In this document: positions 28,828 through 39,365 of the stretch, piece by piece | Layout of the letters: the number at the start of each line of letters is the position of its first letter | Numbering within the stretch: position 1 is the stretch's first letter | Virus record (IMG/VR): IMGVR_UViG_3300032236_002285 | Location: 310,001 to 374,000 of that record | Direction: 5' to 3' (one strand) | DNA: 64,000 bases | The notes under the pieces: generated by a model | What the model was told of the DNA's origin: nothing | The model's database searches: none | The model's input: the letters and a program-made list of their open reading frames with translations, nothing else | Translations under genes and position numbers: made by a program

Positions 28828-29610
28828 TTACTCATGTGTTATTCTAATATCTGTTTTAACACTCCAGTCTTTTGGTAGGTGCTTACAATCATTATGTTCT
28901 AAAAAGTGTGATCTCCACATTTCTATAAATGTTTGTATATTATCTATCCTAGATATAACAACCTCCCCGTGTGTTTTTCTAAGAAAAGTAGTTTTAGTTT
29001 CAGATATACTTTTAAGACGAACCATTGTCAGTCTTTTGATACCAAAATACTTTTTGATTTCATTTTTAAGTGATTTAATTCTTTTCTTTGGTATATTTGA
29101 AGTATCACCAATAAGAGCCCTGGCTATCTTTATCCACTTGATCATATCACCTTTAACTTCTACTTCTCCGTTGATTGGTGCGTTATATATAGTAGCTAAT
29201 TTTTCTTTTAACTCATCAGCTTTTCTTTCATAAGCATCATGACAATCAGCACATAAAGAAAGAACATCGTGAAAGTTATGTGATTTTAGTTCTGTTGGAA
29301 AATATCTACGGTAGCAATAAGGCACAACATGGTGTCTGGTAAGATATTCTTCATTACCACAGGTTACACACTTGTTACCCATTTCAGATAAACCAAATGA
29401 TTTATTATGATTACCAAGTCCTTTTGGTTCAAAATTTAATTTGACGATTAATGGTGACTCAGAAACTACGGTACCTAAATTCCTGTTAAGATACCAATTA
29501 GCTTTTTTCTCATCACATCTAAACATCAAAATCCCACCCGGAGATAGGACTTGACAATTTCCATAAATCTTACGGTCTTTATCTACACCATATGATTTGT
29601 ATATAGACAT
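28828..29610 (-). CDS. HNH-like nuclease resembling the EXD2 C-terminal domain
   Basis: NCQVLSPGG..MFRC..KKANWYL; CVTCG...RHHVVPYCYR...HDVL.LC..CH. Confidence 0.7.
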   Translation of the reverse strand: MSIYKSYGVDKDRKIYGNCQVLSPGGILMFRCDEKKANWYLNRNLGTVVSESPLIVKLNFEPKGLGNHNKSFGLSEMGNKCVTCGNEEYLTRHHVVPYCYRRYFPTELKSHNFHDVLSLCADCHDAYERKADELKEKLATIYNAPINGEVEVKGDMIKWIKIARALIGDTSNIPKKRIKSLKNEIKKYFGIKRLTMVRLKSISETKTTFLRKTHGEVVISRIDNIQTFIEMWRSHFLEHNDCKHLPKDWSVKTDIRITHE

Positions 29611-29613
29611 TTA

Positions 29614-30162
29614 CTAAACTATTTTATCTATTTGATTCAATTCTAAATCAACTATTGTTTTTCTACCAAAAATCATAACACCAACCTTTACTCTTTGTTC
29701 ATTAACACTTTCAATTGTTCCATTGAAGTTAGTGAATGGTCCATCAATGATTTTAATTTCTTGACCAGCGACAAAATTAGTTTCTGCGATTTCAATAGTG
29801 TCTTTACTAACACCTATCATTCTTTGAACTTCTAAGTCAGATACTTGTTGAACTTGACCACTTTTTGAAGAAAGTAAACCAATTGCGCCATCACAAGCTT
29901 TAACAAAATGTGTTAATTCACCAACAGATGACGTTTCTACAAAAATGTAACCAGGATACATAATTTTTTCTCTGATAACCTTTTTACCACTTTTAACACT
30001 AACGGTTTTCTCCATTGGAACTATAACCTGACCAATTTTACCAGTCAAGGTTCCTTTTAATGATTCTTTAGTTAACTTCTCAGAAACTGATCTTTCACGA
30101 TTGGCTTGAGCTCTTACTATGTACCATTTCATAGTTTTTTGATTTTCCATAATTGTATTCAT
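29614..30162 (-). CDS. nusG: Transcription termination/antitermination factor NusG
   Basis: KWYIV, YPGYIFV, C-terminal KOW IIDGPFTNFNG...KVGVMIFGRKT; ends TAG TAA. Confidence 0.92.
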   Translation of the reverse strand: MNTIMENQKTMKWYIVRAQANRERSVSEKLTKESLKGTLTGKIGQVIVPMEKTVSVKSGKKVIREKIMYPGYIFVETSSVGELTHFVKACDGAIGLLSSKSGQVQQVSDLEVQRMIGVSKDTIEIAETNFVAGQEIKIIDGPFTNFNGTIESVNEQRVKVGVMIFGRKTIVDLELNQIDKIV

Positions 30163-30171
30163 ATTTATTTT

Positions 30172-30567
30172 TTAATTTCCTTTTTCTATTTGTTTGTAAT
30201 ATTTTAGCTCTTCTTTAACAAAATCTAAATGATTATCAATTAGGTAATCTAAATCAAGATTTTTAATTTTAAGCTTTTGTAAGATAAGTTTGTAATCTTT
30301 TTCACTAATATCCGACTTTCCGGATTTCTCTGACTTTGACCAAAACCAACTAGGGTATGGTTTTCTTAACATAAAATAATACCAAGTATCAAATGCTGAT
30401 ACTTTATCTATATTTTTAAGATTCAAAAGTTGAGCTTGCTCTGGATATTTTTTGGCAAAATATCGGTTAAAGATAAAAAAGAACTTCTCTTTATCCTCAT
30501 CCGATATTGTGGACCATTTATCTTTGTTTGTAAATAAAGCATTTGCTACATCTGTTATCTCAGCCAT
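30172..30567 (-). CDS. Hypothetical protein, possibly a T4 gp62-like clamp-loader small subunit
   Basis: F..NR.F, WY..L.RK..W.SK pattern and size; adjacent to RNase H. Confidence 0.35.
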   Translation of the reverse strand: MAEITDVANALFTNKDKWSTISDEDKEKFFFIFNRYFAKKYPEQAQLLNLKNIDKVSAFDTWYYFMLRKPYPSWFWSKSEKSGKSDISEKDYKLILQKLKIKNLDLDYLIDNHLDFVKEELKYYKQIEKGN

Positions 30568-31538
30568 TATTTCCCAATATATTTACTTTCCATTTTATTA
30601 ATAATCTCATCAGGTAAGTTATGTAATCTTAAATCAATTAATCTCATGTTGCCTTTAATATTCTCAACGATAGATTCAATTTGAGTTTTACTTAACTTCT
30701 TTTTTTCACAGATTAAATCGGCTATGTTCTCATATAAGTCTGGGTCGGCTAAGTTTACTTCACCAAACTCTAAAAGATAATCGTCATAAATTGTTTTTGC
30801 GCCTTTTTCACCTATTCCTCTTTTCTTACCATTTTTAGTAACTGACCACACAGAGCCAATATTATCTGAAGTATCACCTGATATTATTTTAACCATTAAT
30901 GCTTCAACTGGATCAATCTCATTAATCTCATATTTGTTAAGAAATCTATCTAATAAAAGAATGAAGTCATTATTATCATTTAGATTAAAGATATCATCAT
31001 TTGGTAGTTTTGAAACTTTATTCAAAAATACCTGATAGTTTCTTGGTATAAATAATTTCTCTTTATTATACATCTCATTAGTCATTATGTTAATAAAAAG
31101 AGGATCTAAACCGTAATTCACAATCTGTTTAATATCGTGGTCGTTTGAAACTATAATTGTTGATCTACCTTCTCTGTTAGCTTTATTAACTAAAAAAGAA
31201 ATCCAATCATCACCTTCAACATGAGGTGCTTCTAATATTTTTATTAGACCTTTCATTGAATCCTTAAATTCACCGTAAGCGTTATAAACAAACTGCCAGT
31301 CAATATCAGAGTCTTTTTTACGAGTAGCTTTGTATGAAGTTGTTAATTGTTTTCTCCAAGATTTTTCCTTGGAATCGGATACAAGATAAACATTAGCAAA
31401 TGGATACCATTTTCTATAATTATTTACCGTATTCTCTAGTGACTTATGTAGTGCACCGAACAATAAATTGTTCTTGTGTAATGTAAAAGTATTTTTGCTT
31501 AAAATATAGTTGCCATCGATCACCAAGTCGCAAATCAT
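30567..31538 (-). CDS. rnh: T4 RNase H / 5'-3' flap exonuclease
   Basis: IDGN, SWRK...YKATR, EGDDWI, SNDHD.KQ, GDTSDNI. Confidence 0.85.
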   Translation of the reverse strand: MICDLVIDGNYILSKNTFTLHKNNLLFGALHKSLENTVNNYRKWYPFANVYLVSDSKEKSWRKQLTTSYKATRKKDSDIDWQFVYNAYGEFKDSMKGLIKILEAPHVEGDDWISFLVNKANREGRSTIIVSNDHDIKQIVNYGLDPLFINIMTNEMYNKEKLFIPRNYQVFLNKVSKLPNDDIFNLNDNNDFILLLDRFLNKYEINEIDPVEALMVKIISGDTSDNIGSVWSVTKNGKKRGIGEKGAKTIYDDYLLEFGEVNLADPDLYENIADLICEKKKLSKTQIESIVENIKGNMRLIDLRLHNLPDEIINKMESKYIGK

Positions 31539-31580
31539 ATTATTTAATTATTTTAATATATATACTAAAAAATACTAATT

Positions 31581-32495
31581 ATGTTGTTAAGTTCTCATGT
31601 CAAAGTTGAAATGAATAGGGGTAACTTAGGTTATTATAATAGAGTAATGAATAGTAAATTTAAAATTGGTGATGAAATTGATGTTCCAATTAAATTAATT
31701 TCAAAAAGTAGTCAAGTTTTAGTTGATGTTTCTTGTGATATATGTAATTCTGAGTCAAAAACAACATATAGAAACTACAATGATTGTTTAAATTATGATT
31801 TTTATTCTTGTAATAAATGTAAGCATATAAAACGCAAAATTACTAATAAATCAAAACATGGAATGGATAATTACCAAAATGTTGATAAAATAAAGAGTAC
31901 AAAATTAGCAAAGTATGGTGATGAAAATTTTACAGGTAGAGAAAAATCAAAAATAACATGTTTGAAGAAATATGGAGAAGACAATGTATCAAAATTAGAT
32001 TTTGTTAAAGATAAAAAAAAGGTAACAAATAATAAAAATTGGGGAGTTGATAATGTTTTTCAATCTGATGAGATAAAAAAAATATCAAAAAGTTCAATGA
32101 TGAATAGATTTGGAGTTGAACATCCTAATCAAAATGTTGAAATTTTCAATAGAGCTCAAACAACTGGTTTTAAAATAAAAAAGTATAAAAATGGTTTTTA
32201 TAGAGGAACATACGAGTTAGACTTTATAAACTACTGTGATAGTAAAAATATAGATGTCATTAATGGTCCATCTATAAAATATGAATTTAATGGCAAAATA
32301 AAAATTTATCACTCAGATTTTTTTATAAAAAGTAAAAATCTAATATGTGAAGTGAAATCGTCATATACATATAATTTTGACAAAGATCTAAATGATGCTA
32401 AAAAATTAGGATCTATAAAAAATGGATATAATTTTATCTTCATAATAGATAAAGATTATAGTGAGTTTGATAAAATAATTTCTAATTCTATTTAA
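31581..32495 (+). mobile_element. Homing-endonuclease-like protein (zinc ribbon, KYG-x-xN repeats, C-terminal PD-(D/E)xK domain)
   Basis: CDIC..CNKC; KYGDEN/KYGEDN/WGVDN/FGVEH repeats; YHSDF..EVKS; inserted antisense within a minus-strand cluster. Confidence 0.65.
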
Positions 32496-32916
32496 GAATA
32501 TCTTTTATTTTTCTATCTCTTTCTAAAATCTTGAACTTTACTTCTAAGTAGTCTTCTATCTCATTTGGTAAAGGAACTTTATTCTTTTTTAATTCATCAT
32601 AAAAAGGTTTACCTAAAATATTAAGTGTGGCTATTGCTATAGCAATATCTGAACTACCATAACCCTCAACTTCAACATCTTCACCTAAAACATGATAAGT
32701 TGTTTTCTGAATAGTATAGTTAGCGGTGCTACCACCATAAACTAAATACTGACCGTTTCCTACTGAAGTTGTGATGTTTGAATTTGTACCAGATATAGTT
32801 AAAGTACCAGATGAGCCAGTTACATATAATGACCCGGTAATTGAAGGTGTTCCAAAGATTGGATTACCTATTGTGCTTGTATGAACTATTTGTCCGCCTA
32901 TGTTTACAAAACCCAT
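32488..32916 (-). CDS. Hypothetical protein with G/T/S-rich N-terminus and C-terminal tag (RDRKIKDILK)
   Basis: ORF track; AAACTTT-N14-TATAAT upstream; ends in TAG. Confidence 0.7.
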   Translation of the reverse strand: MGFVNIGGQIVHTSTIGNPIFGTPSITGSLYVTGSSGTLTISGTNSNITTSVGNGQYLVYGGSTANYTIQKTTYHVLGEDVEVEGYGSSDIAIAIATLNILGKPFYDELKKNKVPLPNEIEDYLEVKFKILERDRKIKDILK

Positions 32917-32946
32917 ATAGGATTATATGAGTATTGTAATAAAAGT

Positions 32947-33492
32947 TTATAATATCTTACTAATTTGAATATGACGATAAAGTCTTTGAAAATCTTCTCT
33001 TACTTCTTCTGAATATTCATAGCTATATTTATTTGCGTAGAAGTCAAATTGTGTTCTCTGTACCATTTTATGTACTTCTTCATAGTTGGATTTGACTTTA
33101 TCAAAACAATCTTCTTTAGTGGTCCACTTAACCATATTATCAATTAAATCAAAGTCTATTTTTCTAAACCCGTTAAAGAAAAAAGATTGAGCATAACTAA
33201 ATAAATAGTGCTTAATCACTTTATCATGATATTCATCCTCATTAACTCCTTTAGGATTAGATAATTCTGGTGTTGTAAAGTAAAACTCAACATCTATCTC
33301 AATTAAGTGCTTAACTAACTTTATTATAGCATTTGGAACTTTATTATCTAAGAAAACATAAACAACATCATTTTCAACAAAGCATATTGGAATATGTTCA
33401 TATTTTTTAAACATAAGAAATTTACCCTTAACCACCCAAGTAGGGTTGTGTAAAGGTCTAAATTTATCAGGTATTAATCTATTTAAGTCCAT
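32947..33492 (-). CDS. Hypothetical protein with C-terminal tag variant (RHIQISKIL)
   Basis: ORF track. Confidence 0.7.
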   Translation of the reverse strand: MDLNRLIPDKFRPLHNPTWVVKGKFLMFKKYEHIPICFVENDVVYVFLDNKVPNAIIKLVKHLIEIDVEFYFTTPELSNPKGVNEDEYHDKVIKHYLFSYAQSFFFNGFRKIDFDLIDNMVKWTTKEDCFDKVKSNYEEVHKMVQRTQFDFYANKYSYEYSEEVREDFQRLYRHIQISKIL

Positions 33493-33808
33493 TTTCTTTT
33501 AATATCTTCAAAAATAATCTTTTATCACCTTCTCTTGTTTCATCACGTCTACCATCTCTCCAATGACATTTACCTTTATTTGGTGAATACTTAACCTTAT
33601 ATCTAGAATCCCATTTTGTTGTTGTGTGTGTTTTAGACCTAAAATTTATCTCTGAGCCAATAAATGATGATACTGATATCTTTTTAGATATAAAACTATT
33701 AGCATCTTCAAACCCTCTCCACCACCTATTGGCATAAGCAAAACGAGTCATTCTACGAATAACTATTCGTTCCTCCATATATCTACGCCATGCTCTATCT
33801 CGGATCAT
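33479..33808 (-). CDS. Basic hypothetical protein
   Basis: ORF track; TATCTTTG on the minus strand at 33813-33820; ends in TAG. Confidence 0.65.
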   Translation of the reverse strand: MIRDRAWRRYMEERIVIRRMTRFAYANRWWRGFEDANSFISKKISVSSFIGSEINFRSKTHTTTKWDSRYKVKYSPNKGKCHWRDGRRDETREGDKRLFLKILKENGLK

Positions 33809-33831
33809 TAGGCAAAGATATGAATTAAATA

Positions 33832-35676
33832 TTACTTTAACAACTCAGTCTTTCTTAAATCAGAACTCTTACCAAACCAGATATCTAAAGAGTTAGCAGA
33901 CATATCATCTTTTGAGATTAAAGTCATTTTAGGACTATTGATAATATCTTGATATTCATCATCAACAAGTGCGGCTAAACCTTTCTTATATTTAATCTCG
34001 TAGTTCTTTAAGTCATTCTTAGCGGCCCAATCATTGTATTCTGTTTGAGAATAGAAAAGAACTTTCTTTTTAGTTTTAGCTTTTGGTACAGCAACTACAA
34101 TAGGAGTTTCAACTTTGTAAATCATTCGTCTTTCAAACATATCAGGCCAGTACTTGTAAAAGAAGTTTAAAAGTAAACCAGCGATTGAATTACCATCAAC
34201 ATCAGCATCTACATAAAAAAGAATACGACCATATCTTAAATCTTTTAATTCAATTCTTTGACCTAATTTTAGACCAATAGCTGCCATTAAATTTACCACT
34301 TCATCATTTTGAACCAATTTTTGATTAGTCATTTCAGATACATTCACAAATTTACCTTTAAGCGCAAAAGCACCCATAGTTTCTGGGACACGATATTTTC
34401 TAAAAGCCGATATAGCAGAATCACCTTCAAATAAACCAATAGAGTACTTCCATCTATCTCTACCTTTAGCATCAATAAGTTTTTCTACTTTTATTTTATC
34501 AAGTTTCTTATTAAGATCTCTTTGTAATTTAGATTCTTCGGCACTTTTCTTTTGTTGAATCCAATCTAAAATAGAGTTAACAATTTCAGATTTAATAATT
34601 GATTGAATTAACTTAGTGGAAACTTCAAATGTAGAACCAAAATCTTTAACCTCTGTAATTAACTTTTCTTTAGTTTGTGAAGAAAAAGATGGATTAATTA
34701 TAGTTGAGTCTAAGAATAAAAACATGTGGTTTTTTAATTCAGATGGTTTAACATCTACTTTATGTTTCTTCATAAAGAATTCTCTTAACTGCGCAATGAT
34801 TTGATTCATTACATAATCAACGTGAGTACCACCATCATAAGTATCAGTAGAGTTAGCAAATGAAACCTGTTGAAATCCATTTTCAGAAAGACCGATGGCT
34901 AAAGACCAAGTTTTATCTTTCTTAGATTCATAGAAGTAGTCTTTAGTATAGTATTTAATATAGTCTTCAAATGATTTGAAATTAATTAATTTACCGTTGA
35001 AATAAACTTTAAGATTAGTATTACAAGCCGCAATATCATAAACTCTTTTCTCAATCATCTTAAAGTGGTCATCATCAATACCAGTTAAGGCAAACTTTTC
35101 AAAATCAACTAAGTAATTAATTTCAGTAAAGCCTTTTGTGGATTTTTTAACCTTAGCAGGAGTTCTTTTTCTCATATTATTAGAGAAAGTTTGAGTAAAG
35201 TGATTAGCACCATCACAAGTAGTTACCGTAAATTCTTTTGAATAGATATTAGTAAGTGTAGAACCTACGCCATTTGTACCAGCGCCGGTTCTTTGTTCAT
35301 CATCGTTAAAGTTAGAACCTGCTTTAAGATTTGAGAATATCATCTCAGGAATCCATTCTTTGTGTTGTGTGTGTTTAACTACAGGAATTCCACCATTATC
35401 CCAGATGGTTATGTAATTTGTGGCTCTATCAACATCTACTTTAACAATGTTTAATTTAGAACCTTTTCTTTTGCTTTCATCAACAGAGTTGGTAACAATC
35501 TCATCAAAAATTTTAAGCAATCCTGGGTTATAGGTTACTTCTTTTTGAGTCATCTTATCTTCTTCAACAATCCATTTAGTAGCTTTATGAGGTTTAATTG
35601 AACCGATATACATACCAGGTCTTAATATAACGTGGTCTATATCATCTAACTTTTTAAACTTTTTATCTACTGACAT
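33832..35676 (-). CDS. Type IIA DNA topoisomerase ATPase/TOPRIM subunit (T4 gp39+gp60-like, GyrB/ParE family)
   Basis: HVILRPGMYIGS, DEIVTNSVDE, GTNGVGS, EGDSA, LKGK, DADVDG, YKKGL. Confidence 0.95.
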   Translation of the reverse strand: MSVDKKFKKLDDIDHVILRPGMYIGSIKPHKATKWIVEEDKMTQKEVTYNPGLLKIFDEIVTNSVDESKRKGSKLNIVKVDVDRATNYITIWDNGGIPVVKHTQHKEWIPEMIFSNLKAGSNFNDDEQRTGAGTNGVGSTLTNIYSKEFTVTTCDGANHFTQTFSNNMRKRTPAKVKKSTKGFTEINYLVDFEKFALTGIDDDHFKMIEKRVYDIAACNTNLKVYFNGKLINFKSFEDYIKYYTKDYFYESKKDKTWSLAIGLSENGFQQVSFANSTDTYDGGTHVDYVMNQIIAQLREFFMKKHKVDVKPSELKNHMFLFLDSTIINPSFSSQTKEKLITEVKDFGSTFEVSTKLIQSIIKSEIVNSILDWIQQKKSAEESKLQRDLNKKLDKIKVEKLIDAKGRDRWKYSIGLFEGDSAISAFRKYRVPETMGAFALKGKFVNVSEMTNQKLVQNDEVVNLMAAIGLKLGQRIELKDLRYGRILFYVDADVDGNSIAGLLLNFFYKYWPDMFERRMIYKVETPIVVAVPKAKTKKKVLFYSQTEYNDWAAKNDLKNYEIKYKKGLAALVDDEYQDIINSPKMTLISKDDMSANSLDIWFGKSSDLRKTELLK

Positions 35677-35846
35677 TCTTTATTTCAAATTTTAATTATA
35701 TATGGTAAAGTTTTGTCTTTGTTTAGATATTTGTTTTAAGTGATATTTTTGCTAAATTTACTTAACATAAAAATAATATACAATAATAATTTGAAAAAAT
35801 AAACATTTTGAGTAAAATACAATTTAATATACTTATACATACATTA

Positions 35847-36788
35847 ATGAAAATTTTATACGGAATACAACTTAATGGAAATGGTCACATAACAAGATCA
35901 TTGGAGTTGATAAGCAAACTAAGACAATATGGCTACTCAGTTGATGTAATTACATCTGGTGGTAACTCAAGTTTGACTCTACCAATAGAAGTTATTAAAA
36001 GCTTCCAAGGCTTCTCTATGTATTTTAGTAAGAATGGTAAAATAGACTGGTTAAAAACTACACTCTCATCAAATATATTTAAAATTATAAGAGATATCAA
36101 TTTTGATTGCCGTGGTTATGACTTAGTTATATCCGATTTTGAACCTATCAGTGCTTACTCAGCTAAAAAATACGGTGTTAAATCAATTGGTATATCAAAT
36201 CAATGCTCATTAATGAATAATAAGTCAATAAAATACTTTTTCTCATGGCAATTTATTAAATACTTTGCTCCTTGTGATTCTTATATACCTTTAGATTACA
36301 AAGGCTATTTTCAACCTATAATATCTCAAGATTTATTAAATAGTAAGAAGTCTGAAGAAGAATTTTATTTAGTCTATTTAGCCGCTTATAGTTTAGAATA
36401 TATTATGTGTGAACTTGAACAATCTGATAAAAAATTCAAAGTTTATAGTAATGAGATTATAAAAGATGGTGTTATAAATAATATAGAGTTTAAAAAACCT
36501 GATAGAAAAAACTTTCAATCTGATTTGCTTAATTGCTCAGGTGTAATAACAGCTTCTGGATTCTCAACAACATCTGAAGCACTTGTGCTAGGTAAAAAAC
36601 TTTGGTCAATTCCAGTTAGAGGTCAGTTTGAACAAATTTGCAATGCTAATAAATTAAATGAGTTAGGTGTTTATACAAAAAAGCTAACATATGATAATCT
36701 AGATAATTGGCTAAATAACTATAAAAAAATAGAATATCACTGGATTAATCCAATAAAAAATATAATTCATAAAATAAATGAAAATTAG
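35847..36788 (+). CDS. GT-B glycosyltransferase (MJ1255/GT28-like)
   Basis: KILYGIQLNGNGHITRS, VISDFEP, ASGFST.SEA..LGK, GQFEQ..NA; ATG 35847; ends in TAG. Confidence 0.85.
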   Translation: MKILYGIQLNGNGHITRSLELISKLRQYGYSVDVITSGGNSSLTLPIEVIKSFQGFSMYFSKNGKIDWLKTTLSSNIFKIIRDINFDCRGYDLVISDFEPISAYSAKKYGVKSIGISNQCSLMNNKSIKYFFSWQFIKYFAPCDSYIPLDYKGYFQPIISQDLLNSKKSEEEFYLVYLAAYSLEYIMCELEQSDKKFKVYSNEIIKDGVINNIEFKKPDRKNFQSDLLNCSGVITASGFSTTSEALVLGKKLWSIPVRGQFEQICNANKLNELGVYTKKLTYDNLDNWLNNYKKIEYHWINPIKNIIHKINEN

Positions 36789-37509
36789 AACATTATTTAT
36801 ATCAGATATTCACTTGGGTAACCATAAGTCACAAGCTGATAAATTACTTGAAGTGTTAAAAAGTTATGATTATGAAAATTTAATTATAGTTGGTGATTTC
36901 ATTGACTTAACATCACTAAAGAAAAAATTCTATTGGAATTCTGACCACTCTACCGTTATTCAAAAGGTTTTAAGATCTTCAAGAAAAGGTGTTAAAGTTA
37001 CTTACATCTTAGGTAATCATGACTTTTATTTAAGAGGTCTTATAAAAGATGAAAATATAAATATTGGTGATATTGAGCTTTGTGATGAAATGTACTATCA
37101 AACATTAAAAGGTGAAAAAATATACATTTGTCACGGTGATCAGTTTGATGGTTTTGTTAGATTACATCCTTTCTTATATGTTTTAGGTGATTGGGCTTAT
37201 GAATTTAGCTTTAAGATTAATAAAGCTTATAACTGGTTTAGAAGAATATTTGGACTTGAATATTGGTCTTTATCACAATATCTAAAATCCAAGGTTAAAA
37301 ATGCACTAACTTATATAAATGATTTTAAGCTATTATCTCTTAAAAAATTAGATGAGGTTAAATGTGATTCAATTATGATTGGTCATATTCATACACCAGC
37401 AATTGAAAAAGTAGGTAATAAAAATTATTACAACACTGGAGATTTTTGTGAAACCTGTTCGTTTTTATATGAAGACTTAGAAGGTAGTATCAATCTTATG
37501 ATTGCTTGA
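36778..37509 (+). CDS. LpxH-like UDP-2,3-diacylglucosamine diphosphatase (calcineurin-like metallophosphoesterase)
   Basis: ISDIHLG, GDFID, GNHD, HGD.FD, GHIH.P, NTGDF. Confidence 0.8.
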   Translation: MKIRTLFISDIHLGNHKSQADKLLEVLKSYDYENLIIVGDFIDLTSLKKKFYWNSDHSTVIQKVLRSSRKGVKVTYILGNHDFYLRGLIKDENINIGDIELCDEMYYQTLKGEKIYICHGDQFDGFVRLHPFLYVLGDWAYEFSFKINKAYNWFRRIFGLEYWSLSQYLKSKVKNALTYINDFKLLSLKKLDEVKCDSIMIGHIHTPAIEKVGNKNYYNTGDFCETCSFLYEDLEGSINLMIA

Positions 37510-37983
37510 TTTTCTAGCATTGTTGTGATGCCAGAATGATGGGACTTTTACATAATAACCCTTGGGTAAGGTGGAATTGGACCATGGTCCGCATCCTCCT
37601 GGTTCATTTACTATAAACCCAAAATACCATTTATATAAGCGGTCATTATAATCTATATTGGCTTTATCACCATCGGTTGAATAAAAGCTATTATTATTAA
37701 CTTTAAACATTTGCATATCTAAGAAAGGATTATTATACTCTTGTGATAAAAACCTTGAAACTCTTCTAATAGCTTCAATAACATTTGAGTCTCTCTTAAA
37801 TTCTCTATTAGAATAAATTAAAATCTCATAAAAACAAATACCATCTTTATTATCATAAATAACATCAGTTTTTAACCCCAAGTCATTTATCTCAACAAGG
37901 ATATCCTCAATATCTCTTTTTATACTTTGCGGGTCAGCACTTTCAACAATTAAAAACTCGTTGTATTTCTTTAACCTTTGCAT
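37477..37983 (-). CDS. Hypothetical protein with CTS-like N-terminus (MQRLKKYNEFLIVES)
   Basis: ORF track; ATG 37983 preferred. Confidence 0.7.
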   Translation of the reverse strand: MQRLKKYNEFLIVESADPQSIKRDIEDILVEINDLGLKTDVIYDNKDGICFYEILIYSNREFKRDSNVIEAIRRVSRFLSQEYNNPFLDMQMFKVNNNSFYSTDGDKANIDYNDRLYKWYFGFIVNEPGGCGPWSNSTLPKGYYVKVPSFWHHNNARKSSNHKIDTTF

Positions 37984-38021
37984 TTTTTTCAACAAAACTA
38001 CATTTTTAGTATATATAAAAT

Positions 38022-39365
38022 ATGATGGCTGAAAAAACTATATCTGATTTCTTATCGAATGAGTATAAGGAATTCGCAATGTATGTAATTGAAGGAAGAG
38101 CTATACCTTCAGTTATTGATGGCTTTAAGCCAACTCAAAGAAAAATAATTCATGTTTCTAACGATATTTGGAAGAGCGGTGGTGAAAAAACACTTAAAGT
38201 ATTCCAACTAGCTGGTAAAGTAGCATCTGATGCTTTTTATCATCACGGTAATGCTTCATTAGAAAATGCTATTATCACCATGGCTCAAAGGTTTAAGAAT
38301 AATGCCGCTCTTTTAGAAGAAGATGGTCAGTTTGGATCTTTAAGATCACCACAGGCGGGTGCACCTCGTTATATTGGAACTAAGTTATCTGAAAACTTTA
38401 GATTGATTTATAAAGATTTTGAACTTCTTGAATATAAAGAAGAAGAAGGTGAGTCAATTGAACCAAAGTTTTTCTTACCTATTGTACCAGCTGTTTTATT
38501 AAATGGTTCATCTGGTATTGCTGTAGGATTTGCTTCTAATATCTTAAACAGAGATATTAAATCCATTATTGATGCTTGTGTTAAAGTTTTATCAGGTAAA
38601 AATCCTGGTGAGGTTAAACCATCACTGAATGAGTTCACCGGTGATTTTATACAAGACACAGAAAATAATAAAAGATGGGTAATTAGAGGTAAGTTTGTAA
38701 GAGTGAATACTTCTACGGTTAAAATTAGCGAGTTACCACCTTCGATGACTTATGAAAAATACGAAGAAATATTAGATAAATTAGTTGATGATAAGCTAAT
38801 TACAAGTTATGATGATAATTGCAAAGATAATATTGATTATACAATTAAATTTACAAGATCTGATTTAGAAAAATTAGATGATGAGAAGTTAGTTAAATTA
38901 TTAAAATTAGAAGAATCATCTACTGAAATATTCTCAACCTTAGATGAGAATGGTAAGTTAAAAATATTTGATAATACAAGTGATATCATTAAGTATTTTG
39001 TTGAATTTAGATTAACATATTATCATAAAAGAAAGCAGTTCTTATTAGATAAAATGAATAGAGAGTTAAAAATACTTTCTAATCGTGGTCGATTCATCAA
39101 AGCTATTATTGATGGTAAATTAAAAGTAAATAATGTTGCTAAAGTTATTATCATTGAAGGCATTGAATCAATGGGATTAGATAAGATTGATGACTCATAT
39201 GACTACTTATTGAGAATGCCTATCTACTCTTTAACAAAAGAGATGTATGAAAAGATTAAAGAAGATTTTACTACTAAGAAAGAAGAGATTAAAGTCTTAG
39301 AGGCGACAGATCCTAAAGATATGTACCTATTGGATTTAACTGAATTAAAAAAGAAGTTTAAATGA
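38022..39365 (+). CDS. Type IIA DNA topoisomerase breakage-reunion subunit (T4 gp52-like, GyrA/ParC family)
   Basis: RAIP..DGFKP.QRK, YHHG, GQFG, catalytic PRY, LLNG..GIAVG. Confidence 0.95.
   Translation: MMAEKTISDFLSNEYKEFAMYVIEGRAIPSVIDGFKPTQRKIIHVSNDIWKSGGEKTLKVFQLAGKVASDAFYHHGNASLENAIITMAQRFKNNAALLEEDGQFGSLRSPQAGAPRYIGTKLSENFRLIYKDFELLEYKEEEGESIEPKFFLPIVPAVLLNGSSGIAVGFASNILNRDIKSIIDACVKVLSGKNPGEVKPSLNEFTGDFIQDTENNKRWVIRGKFVRVNTSTVKISELPPSMTYEKYEEILDKLVDDKLITSYDDNCKDNIDYTIKFTRSDLEKLDDEKLVKLLKLEESSTEIFSTLDENGKLKIFDNTSDIIKYFVEFRLTYYHKRKQFLLDKMNRELKILSNRGRFIKAIIDGKLKVNNVAKVIIIEGIESMGLDKIDDSYDYLLRMPIYSLTKEMYEKIKEDFTTKKEEIKVLEATDPKDMYLLDLTELKKKFK

Noticed and set aside
445-39365. Self-splicing introns or inteins in nrdB and the topoisomerase genes
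   Set aside because: The reading frames are continuous with normal family lengths and no insertion blocks.
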